A stretch of 64,000 nucleotides of DNA from Aliarcobacter sp. (GCA_028703945.1 JAQVLW010000008.1:7288-71287); one strand, 5' to 3'. Counted from the first letter of the stretch, positions 21,058 to 32,748 are shown. The notes: generated from the letters alone by a model not told the origin. Translations and numbers: made by a program.

Positions 21058-22685
21058 AAAACAATATTTTATCTGGTTTAACAGTCGGAATAATTGCCCT
21101 TCCTTTATCTATGGCACTTGCAATTGCAACAGGAGTTCCCCCACAACTTGGACTTTATACAGCAATTATTGCAGGATTTTTTGCAGCAATTTTTGGAAGT
21201 AGTAAGGTAAATATTTCAGGTCCTACTGCTGCGTTTATTGTAATTCTTATTCCAATTGTTCATGACTTTGGAGTCTCAGGATTACTTATTTGTGGTTTAT
21301 TATCTGGTTTTATTTTAGTAATTGCTGGATTTTTAAAACTAGGAACCTTAATAGAAATAGTTCCCTATCCAGTAACTGTTGGATTTACTTCAGGAATTGC
21401 AGTAGTAATTGCTACTTATCAAATAAAAGACTTTTTTGGATTAAGTATTGAAAATTTTGAAGGACATTATTTAGATAAAATTTTTCTCATTTTTAGTAAT
21501 TTCAACACTTTCAAACCAGCTGAATTAATAGTTGGAGCAACAACTCTTTTTATTCTTATTTTTTGGCAAAAAACAAAAAGCAAAATACCTTCTGCACTTA
21601 TTGCACTTGGATTTATAACGGTTGTTGTTTATATTGCAAATATCTATTTCCCCCAATTAAATATTTCAACCATTTATTCAACTTTTGATTATAAAATTGG
21701 TAATTTAGAAGGACAAGGAATTCCACCTATTCCTTTACATTTTGAACTTCCTTGGAGTTATTTAAATGTTGATCAAATAAATTTTGATTTATTTTACAAA
21801 CTTCTTCCTCATAGTATTGCAATAGCAATTTTAGGAGCTTTAGAATCTTTATTATGTGCTGTAATTTCAGATGGAATGACAGGACATAAAACAGACCCAA
21901 ATAAAGAATTAATTGGTCAAGGAATTACAAATATAATTGTTCCTTTTTTTGGAGGGATTCCAGCAACTGCTGCAATTGCTAGAACTGTTGTAAATGTAAA
22001 AGCAGGAGCTACATCAAAAATATCTTCGGTTATTCACTCTTTATTTATTTTAGCTTCAATTTCTTTTTTAGCAACTTATTTATCATTTTTACCAATGGCA
22101 GCTCTTTCGGCACTTTTATTAATGGTAGCTTGGAATATGTCTGAAATTAAACATTTTATCAATATTGTAAAAGTAGCACCAGGAAATGATATTTTAATTC
22201 TTTTAACATGTTTTTTCTTAACTGTTCTAATAGATATGCAAGTTGCTGTTGCTATTGGAATGGGACTTGCTTCAATATTATTTATCAAAAAAACCATAGA
22301 TTTACATTCTATTGAATTAACAAATAACAGAACAAATATTATCCATCCTGATATTCCAGATAATATTTCCATTTATGATATTAATGGTCCTATGTTTTTT
22401 GGAGCTGCTCAAAGTGCACTAAAAACACTTTTAAATGTAAACGAAAATACAAGTGTAGTAATTTTAAATATGAAAAATGTACCAATAATTGATATGACAG
22501 GAATTATAACCCTTGAATCTATTGTTGAGAATTTTGAAAGTAAAAATAAAAAATTGATTTTTTGTGGATTAAGTGAAAGAATTCTAAAAAAATTAGAGAA
22601 AGCACACTTTCATTTTGATGGTGTGACTTTAAAAACTTTTGATAATTTACATGATTCTATTAACTACTCAAAATCTGTAACATAA
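21054..22685 (+). CDS. SulP/SLC26 anion or dicarboxylate transporter (DauA-like) with STAS domain
   Basis: ALPLSMALAIATG, ELIGQG, GGIPATAAIART and C-terminal STAS (GPMFFGAA). Confidence 0.9.
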   Translation: MKNNILSGLTVGIIALPLSMALAIATGVPPQLGLYTAIIAGFFAAIFGSSKVNISGPTAAFIVILIPIVHDFGVSGLLICGLLSGFILVIAGFLKLGTLIEIVPYPVTVGFTSGIAVVIATYQIKDFFGLSIENFEGHYLDKIFLIFSNFNTFKPAELIVGATTLFILIFWQKTKSKIPSALIALGFITVVVYIANIYFPQLNISTIYSTFDYKIGNLEGQGIPPIPLHFELPWSYLNVDQINFDLFYKLLPHSIAIAILGALESLLCAVISDGMTGHKTDPNKELIGQGITNIIVPFFGGIPATAAIARTVVNVKAGATSKISSVIHSLFILASISFLATYLSFLPMAALSALLLMVAWNMSEIKHFINIVKVAPGNDILILLTCFFLTVLIDMQVAVAIGMGLASILFIKKTIDLHSIELTNNRTNIIHPDIPDNISIYDINGPMFFGAAQSALKTLLNVNENTSVVILNMKNVPIIDMTGIITLESIVENFESKNKKLIFCGLSERILKKLEKAHFHFDGVTLKTFDNLHDSINYSKSVT

Positions 22686-22698
22686 TTTAGTTGAGAAG

Positions 22699-23544
22699 TT
22701 ATTTCTCAACTAAATCATAAAGTGCTTGAATTTCTTGTGCCCAAATCTCTTCGTTTATAGTTTCTAGTACAAGAGGAATATCATCCATTCTCTCATCATT
22801 CATTATAAACTTAAAAGCATCCCAACCAATTTTCCCAACACCCAAAGAATCGTGTCTGTCAACTTTACTTCCAAGTTCTGGTTTTGAGTCATTTATATGC
22901 ATTCCCATGAGATATTGTCTTCCAACAATTTGCTCAAATTCATTCCACGTTTTATCATAAGCTTCTCTTGTTCTTATATCATACCCAGCTGTAAACATAT
23001 GACAAGTATCAATACAAACGCCAACTCTGCTTTTATCTTCAATTTTATCAATAATATAAGCTAAATGTTCAAATTTATATCCAAGGTTACTTCCTTGACC
23101 CGCTGTATTTTCAATAACAAGTTTTACATCTTTTGTGATTTCAATTGCCCTATTCATAGAAACAGCAATATTATTTAAACACTCTTCTTCAGATATTTTT
23201 CTCAAATGACTACCTGGATGAAAATTTAACTTATCAAGTTTTAAAATTTCACATCTTTGTATTTCATGTACAAAACCGTCAAAAGATTTTGCCCTTGCAT
23301 CAGTTTCTGGATGTCCTAAATTTATTAAATAACTATCATGTGGCAAAATATGTTTTACCTGAATTCCAGATTTTTCCAACTCCTTAAACCATTTATCAAT
23401 TGTTTTTGTATCAAGCTCTTTTGCAGTCCATTGTCTTTGATTTTTTGTAAAAAGTGCAAAAGCTTTTGCCCCTATTAAAGTAGCATTTATCGGTGCATTA
23501 TAAACTCCACCACTAGCACTTACATGTGCTCCTACATATTTCAT
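22699..23544 (-). CDS. nfo: Endonuclease IV
   Basis: [24 protein letters not shown] and DRH metal-binding motifs. Confidence 0.96.
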   Translation of the reverse strand: MKYVGAHVSASGGVYNAPINATLIGAKAFALFTKNQRQWTAKELDTKTIDKWFKELEKSGIQVKHILPHDSYLINLGHPETDARAKSFDGFVHEIQRCEILKLDKLNFHPGSHLRKISEEECLNNIAVSMNRAIEITKDVKLVIENTAGQGSNLGYKFEHLAYIIDKIEDKSRVGVCIDTCHMFTAGYDIRTREAYDKTWNEFEQIVGRQYLMGMHINDSKPELGSKVDRHDSLGVGKIGWDAFKFIMNDERMDDIPLVLETINEEIWAQEIQALYDLVEK

Positions 23545-23780
23545 TATATATTCCTAATTATTTTATTTATTTTTTATTTTACTTAAATATTCTGTAGCTA
23601 ATTTTAAAAGTGACAATAAAGTGTCATTTATAAACATTTTTGATTTATATCAAGGAATATTTCTGAATTTTTGTTTTATAACCAAAAGCATATTATACAA
23701 TGGCTTTTTAAATTTAAAAGTCGCTACAAATAGGCTATAAAAATTTTGTATTATTTCTAAAAAATAAAGGATTAAATTAT

Positions 23781-24980
23781 ATGGAAAAAGTTGTAATTAT
23801 TGGTGGTGGATATTCGGGAATTTATGCATTACAAGAGTTAGTTAAAAATAAAAATATAAAAATCACCCTAATTGATAAACATACTTTTCACAATTTACAA
23901 CCAGAAGTTTATGATTTAATTGCTAATAAATCAAATATTGCTGATGTTACAATAGATTTAACAACATTATGTATGGGGCTTAATCATGATTATTTAGAAT
24001 ATAAAAATCTAAAAGTTAGACAAATTGATCATGAGAAAAAAAAGATTTACACAGAAGAACAAGAAATAGTAGAGTTTGACTATTTAATTATGGCAGCGGG
24101 TACACGAACTTTTTTCCCTCCACAAATTCCAGGGCTTAATAATGCCCACGATATTAAAAAACTTCATTGGGCAATGTTCTTTAAACAAAGTTTTGAGAAT
24201 CAATTATTTAAAAAAATAAGTGATGAAGCAAAAAAATGTGATGACACACACATCGTTGTTGTGGGAGCCGGTCTTTCAGGTGTTGAAATAGCAGCTGAGA
24301 TGGCATATAACTCTAAAATGTTTTTCAAAAGAGGAAATTTCTCTTGTGATAATCTTAAAATTTCACTTGTAAGTAGCTCAGATACCATACTTCCTGGACT
24401 TTCGGCAAAATTAGTAAGTATGTCTCATCAAAGACTAAAATATCTAGGGATTAATGTAATTACTAATACAAAATTATTAAAATGTAATGAAGACCACTTA
24501 GAACTATCAAATGGCACAAAAATCTATCATTCTTTTATTATTTTTACAGGTGGGATTGAAGCTTCTACGATTACATCGCAATTAAATGTTGAAAAAAATG
24601 CGAGAGGACAAATTATTGTAAATGAATATCTTCAATCAGATAAATATGAAAATATTTTTGCAATTGGAGATATGGCTCAAATCAAAAATAAAAAAGGCGA
24701 GATAATGCCTCCAAATGTTACAATAGCCCGAATTAGTGGTACAACTGCTGGTAAAAATGTTTTAAGTATGATTGCTGGAAAATCAATGATTAAATCTAAT
24801 CCTAAATTAGATGGAATATTAATTGCGTTGGGTGGTAAATATGCAGCTGGGGATATTTTCGGAATTCTAACAGTAAAAGGAAGAATTGCATATGAAATTA
24901 AAAAATATGTATTTAGTTCATATAGAAAACCTTTATTGAAATTAATCAAAATCGGTTATAACAAATTAAAAAGATTGTAA
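23781..24980 (+). CDS. NDH-2 family FAD-dependent oxidoreductase
   Basis: GGGYSG, VVGAGLSGVEIAAE and FAIGD motifs. Confidence 0.85.
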   Translation: MEKVVIIGGGYSGIYALQELVKNKNIKITLIDKHTFHNLQPEVYDLIANKSNIADVTIDLTTLCMGLNHDYLEYKNLKVRQIDHEKKKIYTEEQEIVEFDYLIMAAGTRTFFPPQIPGLNNAHDIKKLHWAMFFKQSFENQLFKKISDEAKKCDDTHIVVVGAGLSGVEIAAEMAYNSKMFFKRGNFSCDNLKISLVSSSDTILPGLSAKLVSMSHQRLKYLGINVITNTKLLKCNEDHLELSNGTKIYHSFIIFTGGIEASTITSQLNVEKNARGQIIVNEYLQSDKYENIFAIGDMAQIKNKKGEIMPPNVTIARISGTTAGKNVLSMIAGKSMIKSNPKLDGILIALGGKYAAGDIFGILTVKGRIAYEIKKYVFSSYRKPLLKLIKIGYNKLKRL

Positions 24981-25030
24981 AAATAATAGTTGAAAAATTA
25001 GGTGATAAAATTGTTTTTGAGCTTATAGAG

Positions 25031-25065
25031 TAATAAGAGATTAGTTTTTAACTAATCTCTTATTA
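25031..25065. terminator. Bidirectional intrinsic terminator hairpin
   Basis: Perfect 16-bp inverted repeat TAATAAGAGATTAGTT-TTT-AACTAATCTCTTATTA between convergent genes. Confidence 0.75.
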
Positions 25066-25441
25066 TTTTAATCAAAATATCATGTTCTTTATCTCTGTGA
25101 ATAACCTCTTTTTGATTTCTTTCAAATAACTCTTTTATAAAATTATCAGGGTAAGTTGAAGATAAATTCTCTTTATTAAATGTTTTTAAATCTTGACATT
25201 TAAATGTTGCTTTGCAAACTTTATCTTCATAAATTTTCATATCTAAAATAGCAGTTCCTGCGCTAAAAATCTGAACTTGTGTATATTCTTTAAATTTGTA
25301 AATAAACCCTTTATCATAAAACTTCATTTGTGGTGTTTTGATTAATATTGTGGCACTATTTGAGCTAATTTGTGGTTCATTTGTACTAAAACATCCTGTA
25401 AAAATGAATATAGAAAAAATGATAATGAGTAAATTTTTTAT
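25052..25441 (-). CDS. Lipoprotein, 129 aa, apparent ATA start
   Basis: ORF extends 38 codons upstream of the tracked ATG: (I)KNLLIIIFSIFIFTGC lipobox; AAAGGA RBS 6 nt before ATA; in-frame TAA just upstream. Confidence 0.65.
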   Translation of the reverse strand: MKNLLIIIFSIFIFTGCFSTNEPQISSNSATILIKTPQMKFYDKGFIYKFKEYTQVQIFSAGTAILDMKIYEDKVCKATFKCQDLKTFNKENLSSTYPDNFIKELFERNQKEVIHRDKEHDILIKIIRD

Positions 25442-25507
25442 GGCTAATCCTTTGTTTTAAAAACTTTTACTATAATTATATCAAATTATATAATTAAAGG
25501 TTTTTTA

Positions 25508-26581
25508 TTGTTAGTTCATATTTGTTGCGCAGTTGATAGTCACTATTTTTTAGAAAGAATACAAGAAGAATTTCCAAACGAAGAGTTGGTAGGTTATTTT
25601 TATGATCCAAACATTCATCCATATAGTGAATATAGACTTAGATATTTAGATGTAGAATATTCATGCCAAAAATTAGGCATAAAATTAATTGAAGGTGCTT
25701 ATAACCTCGAAGAGTGGTTAAAAAAAGTTAAAGGAATGGAGCATTTACCTGAAAAAGGAGATCGATGTACAGTTTGTTATGATGACAGACTTGATACAAC
25801 TGTAAAAAAAGCTATTGAATTAGGTCATAATAAATTTACAACAACTCTTTTAATTTCACCAAAAAAATCACAAGAAAAACTTGAAATTATTGGAAACAAT
25901 TTGTCATCAATGACAGGATTAGAGTTTATTTATAGAGATTATAAAGCTGGAAATGGCGCTGAAATTCAAGGGCAAAAAGTAAAAGAAAATTCTCTTTATA
26001 GACAAAATTATTGTGGTTGTTTATTTGGACTTAGTGCACAAAGGGAAGCTCAAAAGAAGATTATGGATGAAATGTTTAATCCAATTTCAAATCAAATATT
26101 GCCAGAGTCAATAGAAGAGAGACTTGAACTTTATAAAAAAAGAAATGAGCTTGAAAGTAGTGGTGCAAACTATAAAATCATAAAACAAAGATTTTTAAAT
26201 TATAGACTTTTAAGTGCAAAGGTAAAAATAGCTAAAAATATTGTTCCATCATATATTTTGTGTTATTCAACAATAAATAGAAATAATACAAATGGAAGAA
26301 TTGAATATGAAAAAGATGGGATAAACTACTTAAACAGAGACGAAGTTAAAATCATTGATATTACAACTTTTAATCTATTTGCAGACTCTTCATACAAAAA
26401 TGTAAAAGAGCTTATGTACAATCCTCTAAGTTTTGAAAAAGAATTAGAAACAAGAAATAAAATACTAAAAAATCCTTATGATTTAAGTGCTTTAATAGTT
26501 CTTGATGAAATCAAAAATGAGAAATATGAGATAGAAATAAACTCAGAAACTTACGAAGATATAAAAGAAGAGTTGATATGA
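25508..26581 (+). CDS. queH: Epoxyqueuosine reductase QueH
   Basis: LVHICCAVDS, YDPNIHP, RCTVCY and YRQNYCGC motifs. Confidence 0.9.
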   Translation: MLVHICCAVDSHYFLERIQEEFPNEELVGYFYDPNIHPYSEYRLRYLDVEYSCQKLGIKLIEGAYNLEEWLKKVKGMEHLPEKGDRCTVCYDDRLDTTVKKAIELGHNKFTTTLLISPKKSQEKLEIIGNNLSSMTGLEFIYRDYKAGNGAEIQGQKVKENSLYRQNYCGCLFGLSAQREAQKKIMDEMFNPISNQILPESIEERLELYKKRNELESSGANYKIIKQRFLNYRLLSAKVKIAKNIVPSYILCYSTINRNNTNGRIEYEKDGINYLNRDEVKIIDITTFNLFADSSYKNVKELMYNPLSFEKELETRNKILKNPYDLSALIVLDEIKNEKYEIEINSETYEDIKEELI

Positions 26582-27621
26582 AACTATTAGTTTGCGCCAT
26601 GGAAGCCTCATCAAATATCCATTTAAAAGAGTTAAAAAAGTATCTAAATAATAATGTAGAACTTGTTGGAGTTTTTGATAAAGAACTTGGAAATCCTTTG
26701 TATGATTTAACAGCATTAGCAATTATGGGAATTGTTGATGCTTTAAAAAAATTGCGATTTTTTTTCAAGTTAAGAGATGAATTAGTAGTTTTAGCAAAAG
26801 ATTGTGACAAAGTTTTATTGATGGATAGTTCAGGCTTTAATTTGCCACTTGCAAAAAAGCTAAGAGAAACGTATCCGAATAAAGAGATTATTTATTATAT
26901 TTTGCCACAAGCTTGGGCTTGGAAAAAAGGAAGAGTTGCTAAGTTAGAAAAATACTGTACAAAACTTTGCTCAATCATTCCTTTTGAGAGCGAAATGTAT
27001 AGCGATAAAAATAAAATCACTTATGTTGGGCATCCTCTTTTAGATGAAATAAAAGATTTTAAAGAGGAATTATCTAACACAAATAAAATAGCTTTTATGC
27101 CAGGAAGCAGAAAAACAGAAATTACAAATCTTATGCCAATTTTTAAAGAATTAATTAAGAGAATCCCAAATAAAGAGTATATTTTAATAATTCCTGAAAA
27201 ATTTGATAATGAATATATAAAAAAAATATATGGAGATATTTCAGATTTTACTATTTCAAAAAACACTCATAAAACTCTCCAAGAAGCAGAATATGCTTTT
27301 ATTTGTTCAGGAACAGCTACACTTGAGGCTGGGCTTATTGGAACTCCCTTTACCCTTTCATACATTGCAAAAAAGTTTGATTATTTTATAGGTTCTTTAT
27401 TTGTAAAACTAAATTTTGTAGGTCTTGCAAATATCTTTTTTGAAAAAATGGGAAAAGCACCTTTACACAGTGAATTTTTGCAAGAAAATGTGACAGTTGA
27501 AAATCTATTTAATGATTATCAAAATATGGATAAGAATTTATTTTTTGAGAATTCTAAAATTCTAAGGGACTATCTAAAGAATGGAAGTTCACAAAATGTT
27601 GCGAAGATAATTCAAAACTAA
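26578..27621 (+). CDS. lpxB: Lipid-A-disaccharide synthase
   Basis: MEASSNIH, YYILPQAWAW, YVGHPL, MPGSR and SGTATLE motifs. Confidence 0.94.
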   Translation: MKLLVCAMEASSNIHLKELKKYLNNNVELVGVFDKELGNPLYDLTALAIMGIVDALKKLRFFFKLRDELVVLAKDCDKVLLMDSSGFNLPLAKKLRETYPNKEIIYYILPQAWAWKKGRVAKLEKYCTKLCSIIPFESEMYSDKNKITYVGHPLLDEIKDFKEELSNTNKIAFMPGSRKTEITNLMPIFKELIKRIPNKEYILIIPEKFDNEYIKKIYGDISDFTISKNTHKTLQEAEYAFICSGTATLEAGLIGTPFTLSYIAKKFDYFIGSLFVKLNFVGLANIFFEKMGKAPLHSEFLQENVTVENLFNDYQNMDKNLFFENSKILRDYLKNGSSQNVAKIIQN

Positions 27622-27672
27622 TTATTTTTTGGATATAATATTTGTCATTCAATAAAAAAATCAGGATATTAT

Positions 27673-28116
27673 ATGTTAGATATTATGCAAATTCAAGAAA
27701 TTCTTCCTCATAGATACCCAATGTTACTGGTGGATAGAATCACAGAAATGGAACTTAGACAATCTATTAAAGGTTTTAAAAACGTTTCTATTTCAGAACC
27801 AGCTTTTCAAGGACATTTCCCAGGTCATCCAATTTATCCAGGTGTATTAATTTTAGAAGGTATGGCTCAATGTGGTGGTGTTTTAGCTCTTAAAAGCTCT
27901 GATTTAACAGATGAAGAGATGAAAAATAAAGTAATCTATTTTATGAGTATTGACAAAGCAAAATTTAGAATTCCAGTACGTCCAGGTGATAGGTTAGATT
28001 ATGAATTAGAAGTTGTTAGAATGAAAAGTTCTTTAATGACACTAATAGGAAAAGCTTATGTTGATGGTAAATTAGCAGCAGAAGCAGAATTAAAAGCTAT
28101 GATAGTCGATAAATAA
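27673..28116 (+). CDS. fabZ: 3-hydroxyacyl-ACP dehydratase
   Basis: [12 protein letters not shown] and [15 protein letters not shown] motifs. Confidence 0.97.
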   Translation: MLDIMQIQEILPHRYPMLLVDRITEMELRQSIKGFKNVSISEPAFQGHFPGHPIYPGVLILEGMAQCGGVLALKSSDLTDEEMKNKVIYFMSIDKAKFRIPVRPGDRLDYELEVVRMKSSLMTLIGKAYVDGKLAAEAELKAMIVDK

Positions 28117-28127
28117 TAGGCAAATAA

Positions 28128-28910
28128 ATGAACAATATTCACAAAACTGCGATAATCGAAGAAGGTGCCATATTAGGTGATAATATTACAATTGGTGCTT
28201 TTACAATTGTTGGGAAAAATGTAAAAATAGGTGATGGGACAATTATAGATTCTCATACACTAATTGATGGAAAAACCACTATTGGCAAAAATAATCATAT
28301 CTTTTCTCATGCCAGCATTGGAAGTATTCCTCAAGATTTAAAATTCAACGGTGAAGATGTTGAATTGATAATTGGGAATAATAATAAAATAAGAGAATAC
28401 ACTTTATTTAATCCAGGAACAATTGGTGGTGGTTCAATTACAAAAATTGGTGATGATAACCTATTTATGGGTTATGTGCATGTTGCTCACGATTGTATTA
28501 TAGGAAATAATTGTATTTTTGCCAATGGTGCAACACTAGCAGGACACGTGGAATGTGACGATTTTGTAGTAATTGGGGGATTAACTCCTATTCATCAATT
28601 TTGTAAAATTGGAACTCAAGTTATGGTAGGTGGGGCTTCAGCTGTTGCTCAAGATATTCCTCCATTTTGCCTAGCAGAGGGAAATAAAGCTGTTTTAAGA
28701 GGACTAAATCTAACTGGTTTACGAAGAAGATTCGAAAATAGAGAAGATATAGATGCTATAAAATCTGCATATAAAGAACTTTTTGAATCAGGAAAACCTC
28801 TTCAAGAAGTTGCACGAGAATTATTTGAAACAAACGAAAATAAACATGTAAAAGAATTAGCAAGTTTTGTATTAAATACAAAACGAGGTATTCCTTTTAA
28901 CAGAAAGTAA
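28128..28910 (+). CDS. lpxA: UDP-N-acetylglucosamine acyltransferase
   Basis: Hexapeptide repeats, PQDLKF, HVAHDC. Confidence 0.96.
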   Translation: MNNIHKTAIIEEGAILGDNITIGAFTIVGKNVKIGDGTIIDSHTLIDGKTTIGKNNHIFSHASIGSIPQDLKFNGEDVELIIGNNNKIREYTLFNPGTIGGGSITKIGDDNLFMGYVHVAHDCIIGNNCIFANGATLAGHVECDDFVVIGGLTPIHQFCKIGTQVMVGGASAVAQDIPPFCLAEGNKAVLRGLNLTGLRRRFENREDIDAIKSAYKELFESGKPLQEVARELFETNENKHVKELASFVLNTKRGIPFNRK

Positions 28911-28920
28911 TAGGTATAAA

Positions 28921-30141
28921 ATGAGTAAGATTATATGTGATTTTTGTGGAACAACTGACACCAAAGATAATCCCGTAATTGCAGGAGACAATGCTTGTAT
29001 TTGCAAAGCTTGTGTAACAGCTGCTAATGAAATAATGAGTGGAAATCTTCCAATAGAAGAGTTGGATAATAAAATTACTCCAGCTGAAGCTAAAGAGATT
29101 AAAATCAAAACTCCTGCTGAACTAAAAAAAATATTAGATGAGTATGTAATAGGACAAGATAGAGCTAAAAAAGTTCTAAGTGTTGCTGTTTACAATCACT
29201 ATAAAAGAATTTTTAGACACCATGAAATTGATGATGATACAGAATTAAGTAAATCAAATGTTTTATTAATTGGACCAACTGGTTCAGGAAAAACACTTCT
29301 AGCTCAAACTATTTCTAAATATCTTGATGTTCCTTTGGCAATCGCAGATGCTACTTCTTTAACAGAAGCTGGATATGTTGGTGATGATGTTGAAAATGTT
29401 GTAACAAGACTTGTTCAAGCAGCAGATGGTGATATCAAAAAAGCTCAAAGAGGTATTATTTTCATTGATGAAGTTGATAAAGTAGCTCGAATGAGCGAAA
29501 ATAGATCAATCACAAGAGATGTTTCAGGAGAAGGAGTTCAACAAGCATTATTAAAAATTGTAGAAGGTGCTGTTGTAAATGTTCCACCAAAAGGTGGAAG
29601 AAAACATCCAGGTCAAGATGCACTTCAAGTTGATACTACAAATATTTTATTCATTTGTGGTGGAGCTTTTGATGGATTAGAAGATATTATCAAGAAAAAA
29701 CAAGGTGCGAATGTACTTGGCTTTAATCAAGATAAAAAAGGTAAAAATGATCACGATAAAGTTTTATCAAATGTAGAAGCAGATGATTTAGTAAAATATG
29801 GTTTGATTCCTGAATTAATAGGAAGACTTCATATGGTTGCCACTTTAAATGAAATTACAGAAGATGATATGGTTCATATTTTAACTGAACCAAAAAATGC
29901 ATTAATTAAACAATATATCAAACTTTTCCAAATGGATGATGTTAAATTAGAATTTGAAAAAGATGCACTAAAAGAGTTAGCAAAATTAGCAATTATTAGA
30001 AAAACTGGTGCTAGAGGATTGCGTTCAATATTAGAAGATATAATGTTAGATATAATGTTTGACCTTCCAAAATATAAAAATAAAACAATAACTATAACTA
30101 AAGAGGTTGTTCTTAAAACTAAAGAACCAAAAGTAGCATAG
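28921..30141 (+). CDS. clpX: ATP-dependent Clp protease ATP-binding subunit
   Basis: C4 zinc finger, [25 protein letters not shown]. Confidence 0.97.
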   Translation: MSKIICDFCGTTDTKDNPVIAGDNACICKACVTAANEIMSGNLPIEELDNKITPAEAKEIKIKTPAELKKILDEYVIGQDRAKKVLSVAVYNHYKRIFRHHEIDDDTELSKSNVLLIGPTGSGKTLLAQTISKYLDVPLAIADATSLTEAGYVGDDVENVVTRLVQAADGDIKKAQRGIIFIDEVDKVARMSENRSITRDVSGEGVQQALLKIVEGAVVNVPPKGGRKHPGQDALQVDTTNILFICGGAFDGLEDIIKKKQGANVLGFNQDKKGKNDHDKVLSNVEADDLVKYGLIPELIGRLHMVATLNEITEDDMVHILTEPKNALIKQYIKLFQMDDVKLEFEKDALKELAKLAIIRKTGARGLRSILEDIMLDIMFDLPKYKNKTITITKEVVLKTKEPKVA

Positions 30142-30154
30142 AAAGGATATAAAA

Positions 30155-31186
30155 GTGTTTTTAGATAAATTAATAGGTCTTTTTTCAAGTGATATGGCAA
30201 TTGACTTGGGAACAGCAAATACGATTGTTTCAGTAAGAGGTAAAGGTATAATTATAAATGAGCCTTCAGTTGTTGCTGTTCAAAAAGACAAAAATGGTAG
30301 AGATAGAATCTTAGCTGTTGGGCAAGAAGCTAAACAAATGATTGGGAAAACTCCTTTAAATATTCAAGCTGTTCGTCCTATGCAAGATGGTGTAATTGCC
30401 GATTTTGAAATGACTGAAAGAATGATTAGATATTTTATTGAAAAAGCTCACTCAAGAAAATCATTTATTCGTCCAAGAATTATTATTTGTATCCCTTATG
30501 GTATTACTCAAGTTGAGAAAAAAGCAGTTGAAGAATCAGCAATGAGCGCAGGTGCAAGAGAAGTATTTTTAGTTGAAGAACCAATGGCAGCTGCAATTGG
30601 TGCGGGAATTCCTGTATCTGACCCTGCTGGTTATATTGTTGTTGATATTGGTGGAGGAACAACTGAAATTGGTGTTACTTCACTTGGTGGATTAGTTTTA
30701 TGTAAATCTATAAAAGTTGCTGGTGATAAATTTGACAGATCAATTATTGAACATGTTAGACAAAATTACAACTTATTTATTGGTGAAAGAACTGCTGAAA
30801 ATATCAAAATAGAAATAGGAACAGCAATCAAACTTGATACTGAGTTAAAAATGAAGGTAAAAGGAAGAGATAATTCTGGTTTACTTTCTACAATTGAGTT
30901 AGGAAGTGAAGGGGTAAGAATTGCTATTAAAGAACCATTAAAAGAGATTGTTTCGTCAATCAAAAGTGTTCTTGAAAATATGCCTCCTGATTTAGCAAGT
31001 GATATTGTTGATAATGGTGTAATTATCACAGGTGGTGGAGCATTAATCAGAGGATTAGATGTATATTTAAGCGATATTATTAGGCTTCCTGTTAAAATTG
31101 CTGATGAGCCTTTATTATCAGTTGCATATGGAACAAGTCAAGTTCTTAACGAACCAGAGTTACTTAAACTAATTACTAATGCGTAA
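30155..31186 (+). CDS. mreB: Rod shape-determining protein MreB
   Basis: DLGTANT, DIGGGTT and TGGGAL actin-fold motifs. Confidence 0.97.
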   Translation: MFLDKLIGLFSSDMAIDLGTANTIVSVRGKGIIINEPSVVAVQKDKNGRDRILAVGQEAKQMIGKTPLNIQAVRPMQDGVIADFEMTERMIRYFIEKAHSRKSFIRPRIIICIPYGITQVEKKAVEESAMSAGAREVFLVEEPMAAAIGAGIPVSDPAGYIVVDIGGGTTEIGVTSLGGLVLCKSIKVAGDKFDRSIIEHVRQNYNLFIGERTAENIKIEIGTAIKLDTELKMKVKGRDNSGLLSTIELGSEGVRIAIKEPLKEIVSSIKSVLENMPPDLASDIVDNGVIITGGGALIRGLDVYLSDIIRLPVKIADEPLLSVAYGTSQVLNEPELLKLITNA

Positions 31187-31982
31187 ATTCGTTTTTGCAT
31201 TACTTTTTATAATTGCAGGGGCATCTTATCTTTTTCGGATAGATGAACTGCTAATTAAAAAATTCACATTTTTAAATGATTTTAAAAGTTTATACAGTAA
31301 TAAAGTTATTAATTTTACTACATCTCTTGAAAAACATTTTAATCAAGCAGAAACAATTGAAAAATTGAAAATTGAAAATGGTGAACTAAAAGAATACAAA
31401 ATATTATATACAAATGCTCAAAATCAATTACATACACTAAAAGAATTTTTAGTTAATATTGATATTCCAGAAAATAAATCAAAAATTGAAATTGTTAAAG
31501 TTCTTTCTTATATAAATTATAATGATTTTACAAAAGTTTGGTTAGATAAGAAAATAGAAAATGATACAATTTTAGGTCTTATTACCGATAATTATTCAGC
31601 AGGAATTGTTGTAAATAAAAATGGTAATGCAGTTGGATTATTAAATGGAAATAAAGAGTGTTCTTATGCCGTTTTTATAGGTGAAGGAAAAGCTCCTGGA
31701 ATTATTACCTCATCAAAAAATCAAGATGAATTAGAAATAAAATTCATTCCTGTATGGGCTGAAATTAAAAAAGGCGATGAAGTTATAACTTCAGGTATGG
31801 ATAATATCTTTTTTGAGGGATTAAAAGTTGGAAGAGTTATTCAAGTTACTGACCTTACAGATATGAAAATTGCTACTGTAAAGCCTTATGTAAATGTATT
31901 AAAGAAAAAATATTTTTACACTTATAAAAGTGATAATGAAGTTACGAATAATACCTTAGAAAAAAGTGAAACTAAAAAATAA
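31179..31982 (+). CDS. mreC: Rod shape-determining protein MreC
   Basis: Follows mreB; coiled coil plus GDEVITSGMDNIF motif. Confidence 0.9.
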   Translation: MRKFVFALLFIIAGASYLFRIDELLIKKFTFLNDFKSLYSNKVINFTTSLEKHFNQAETIEKLKIENGELKEYKILYTNAQNQLHTLKEFLVNIDIPENKSKIEIVKVLSYINYNDFTKVWLDKKIENDTILGLITDNYSAGIVVNKNGNAVGLLNGNKECSYAVFIGEGKAPGIITSSKNQDELEIKFIPVWAEIKKGDEVITSGMDNIFFEGLKVGRVIQVTDLTDMKIATVKPYVNVLKKKYFYTYKSDNEVTNNTLEKSETKK

Positions 31983-31988
31983 ACTAAT

Positions 31989-32600
31989 TTAATATCTAGC
32001 CATAACTTTATCTACATCATCCCAAGATAAAGTTTTTTCACTTTTTTTGAACATATTGTAAATATATCTAGCAAACATATCTGTCTCTAAATTTACTTTT
32101 GTTCCAACCTTGTAGTTTTTAAATAGTGTATTTTTAACCGTATGTGGAATTATGGTAAGCCTAAAAGAATCTTCTATAACTTCATTTACTGTAAGTGAAA
32201 CTCCATCGATAGTTACACTCCCTTTTTGAATAATATATTTTGCATATTCACTCGGTATTGAGACAAAAAAATCGGTTGAATTTCCATTTGATTTAATAGA
32301 TTTTATTGTTCCCAAACAATCCACATGACCTTGAACAATATGCCCCTCAAATCTATCGCCCATCATCATTGCAGGTTCAATATGAACCTCATCTTTATAG
32401 TTTTCCATTGCAAGAATTTTTTGAGATTCTGGTGAAAGTTCAACTGTAAATGTATCACTTGTTACTTTTACAACCGTTAAACAAGCTCCATTTATAGCTA
32501 TTGAATCTCCAATTTTTGGATTGTAGTGTGCATGTAGTGTCAAAAAATTGTTTTTAAAACTAACAACTTTTGCCATCTCTCGTATAAGTCCAGTAAACAC
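31989..32600 (-). CDS. ribE: Riboflavin synthase alpha chain
   Basis: MFTGL N-terminus, GDSIAINGACLTV, GHIVQGHVD. Confidence 0.95.
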   Translation of the reverse strand: MFTGLIREMAKVVSFKNNFLTLHAHYNPKIGDSIAINGACLTVVKVTSDTFTVELSPESQKILAMENYKDEVHIEPAMMMGDRFEGHIVQGHVDCLGTIKSIKSNGNSTDFFVSIPSEYAKYIIQKGSVTIDGVSLTVNEVIEDSFRLTIIPHTVKNTLFKNYKVGTKVNLETDMFARYIYNMFKKSEKTLSWDDVDKVMARY

Positions 32601-32748
32601 TTAAAAAACCTTTTGATATATTTTAGGTATAATATCGAAAAATTGTTAAGAAGCTAATTTTAACTACTTTAATTAAAAAACTTAAAAAAGATACAGTTGA
32701 TTTATAAAAAATTCAAAATATAATTTTCTCTTAATCAAAAGGAATAAT

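Noticed and set aside
25508-26581. Unusually long QueH
   Set aside because: C-terminal extensions are normal for Campylobacterota QueH, to my knowledge
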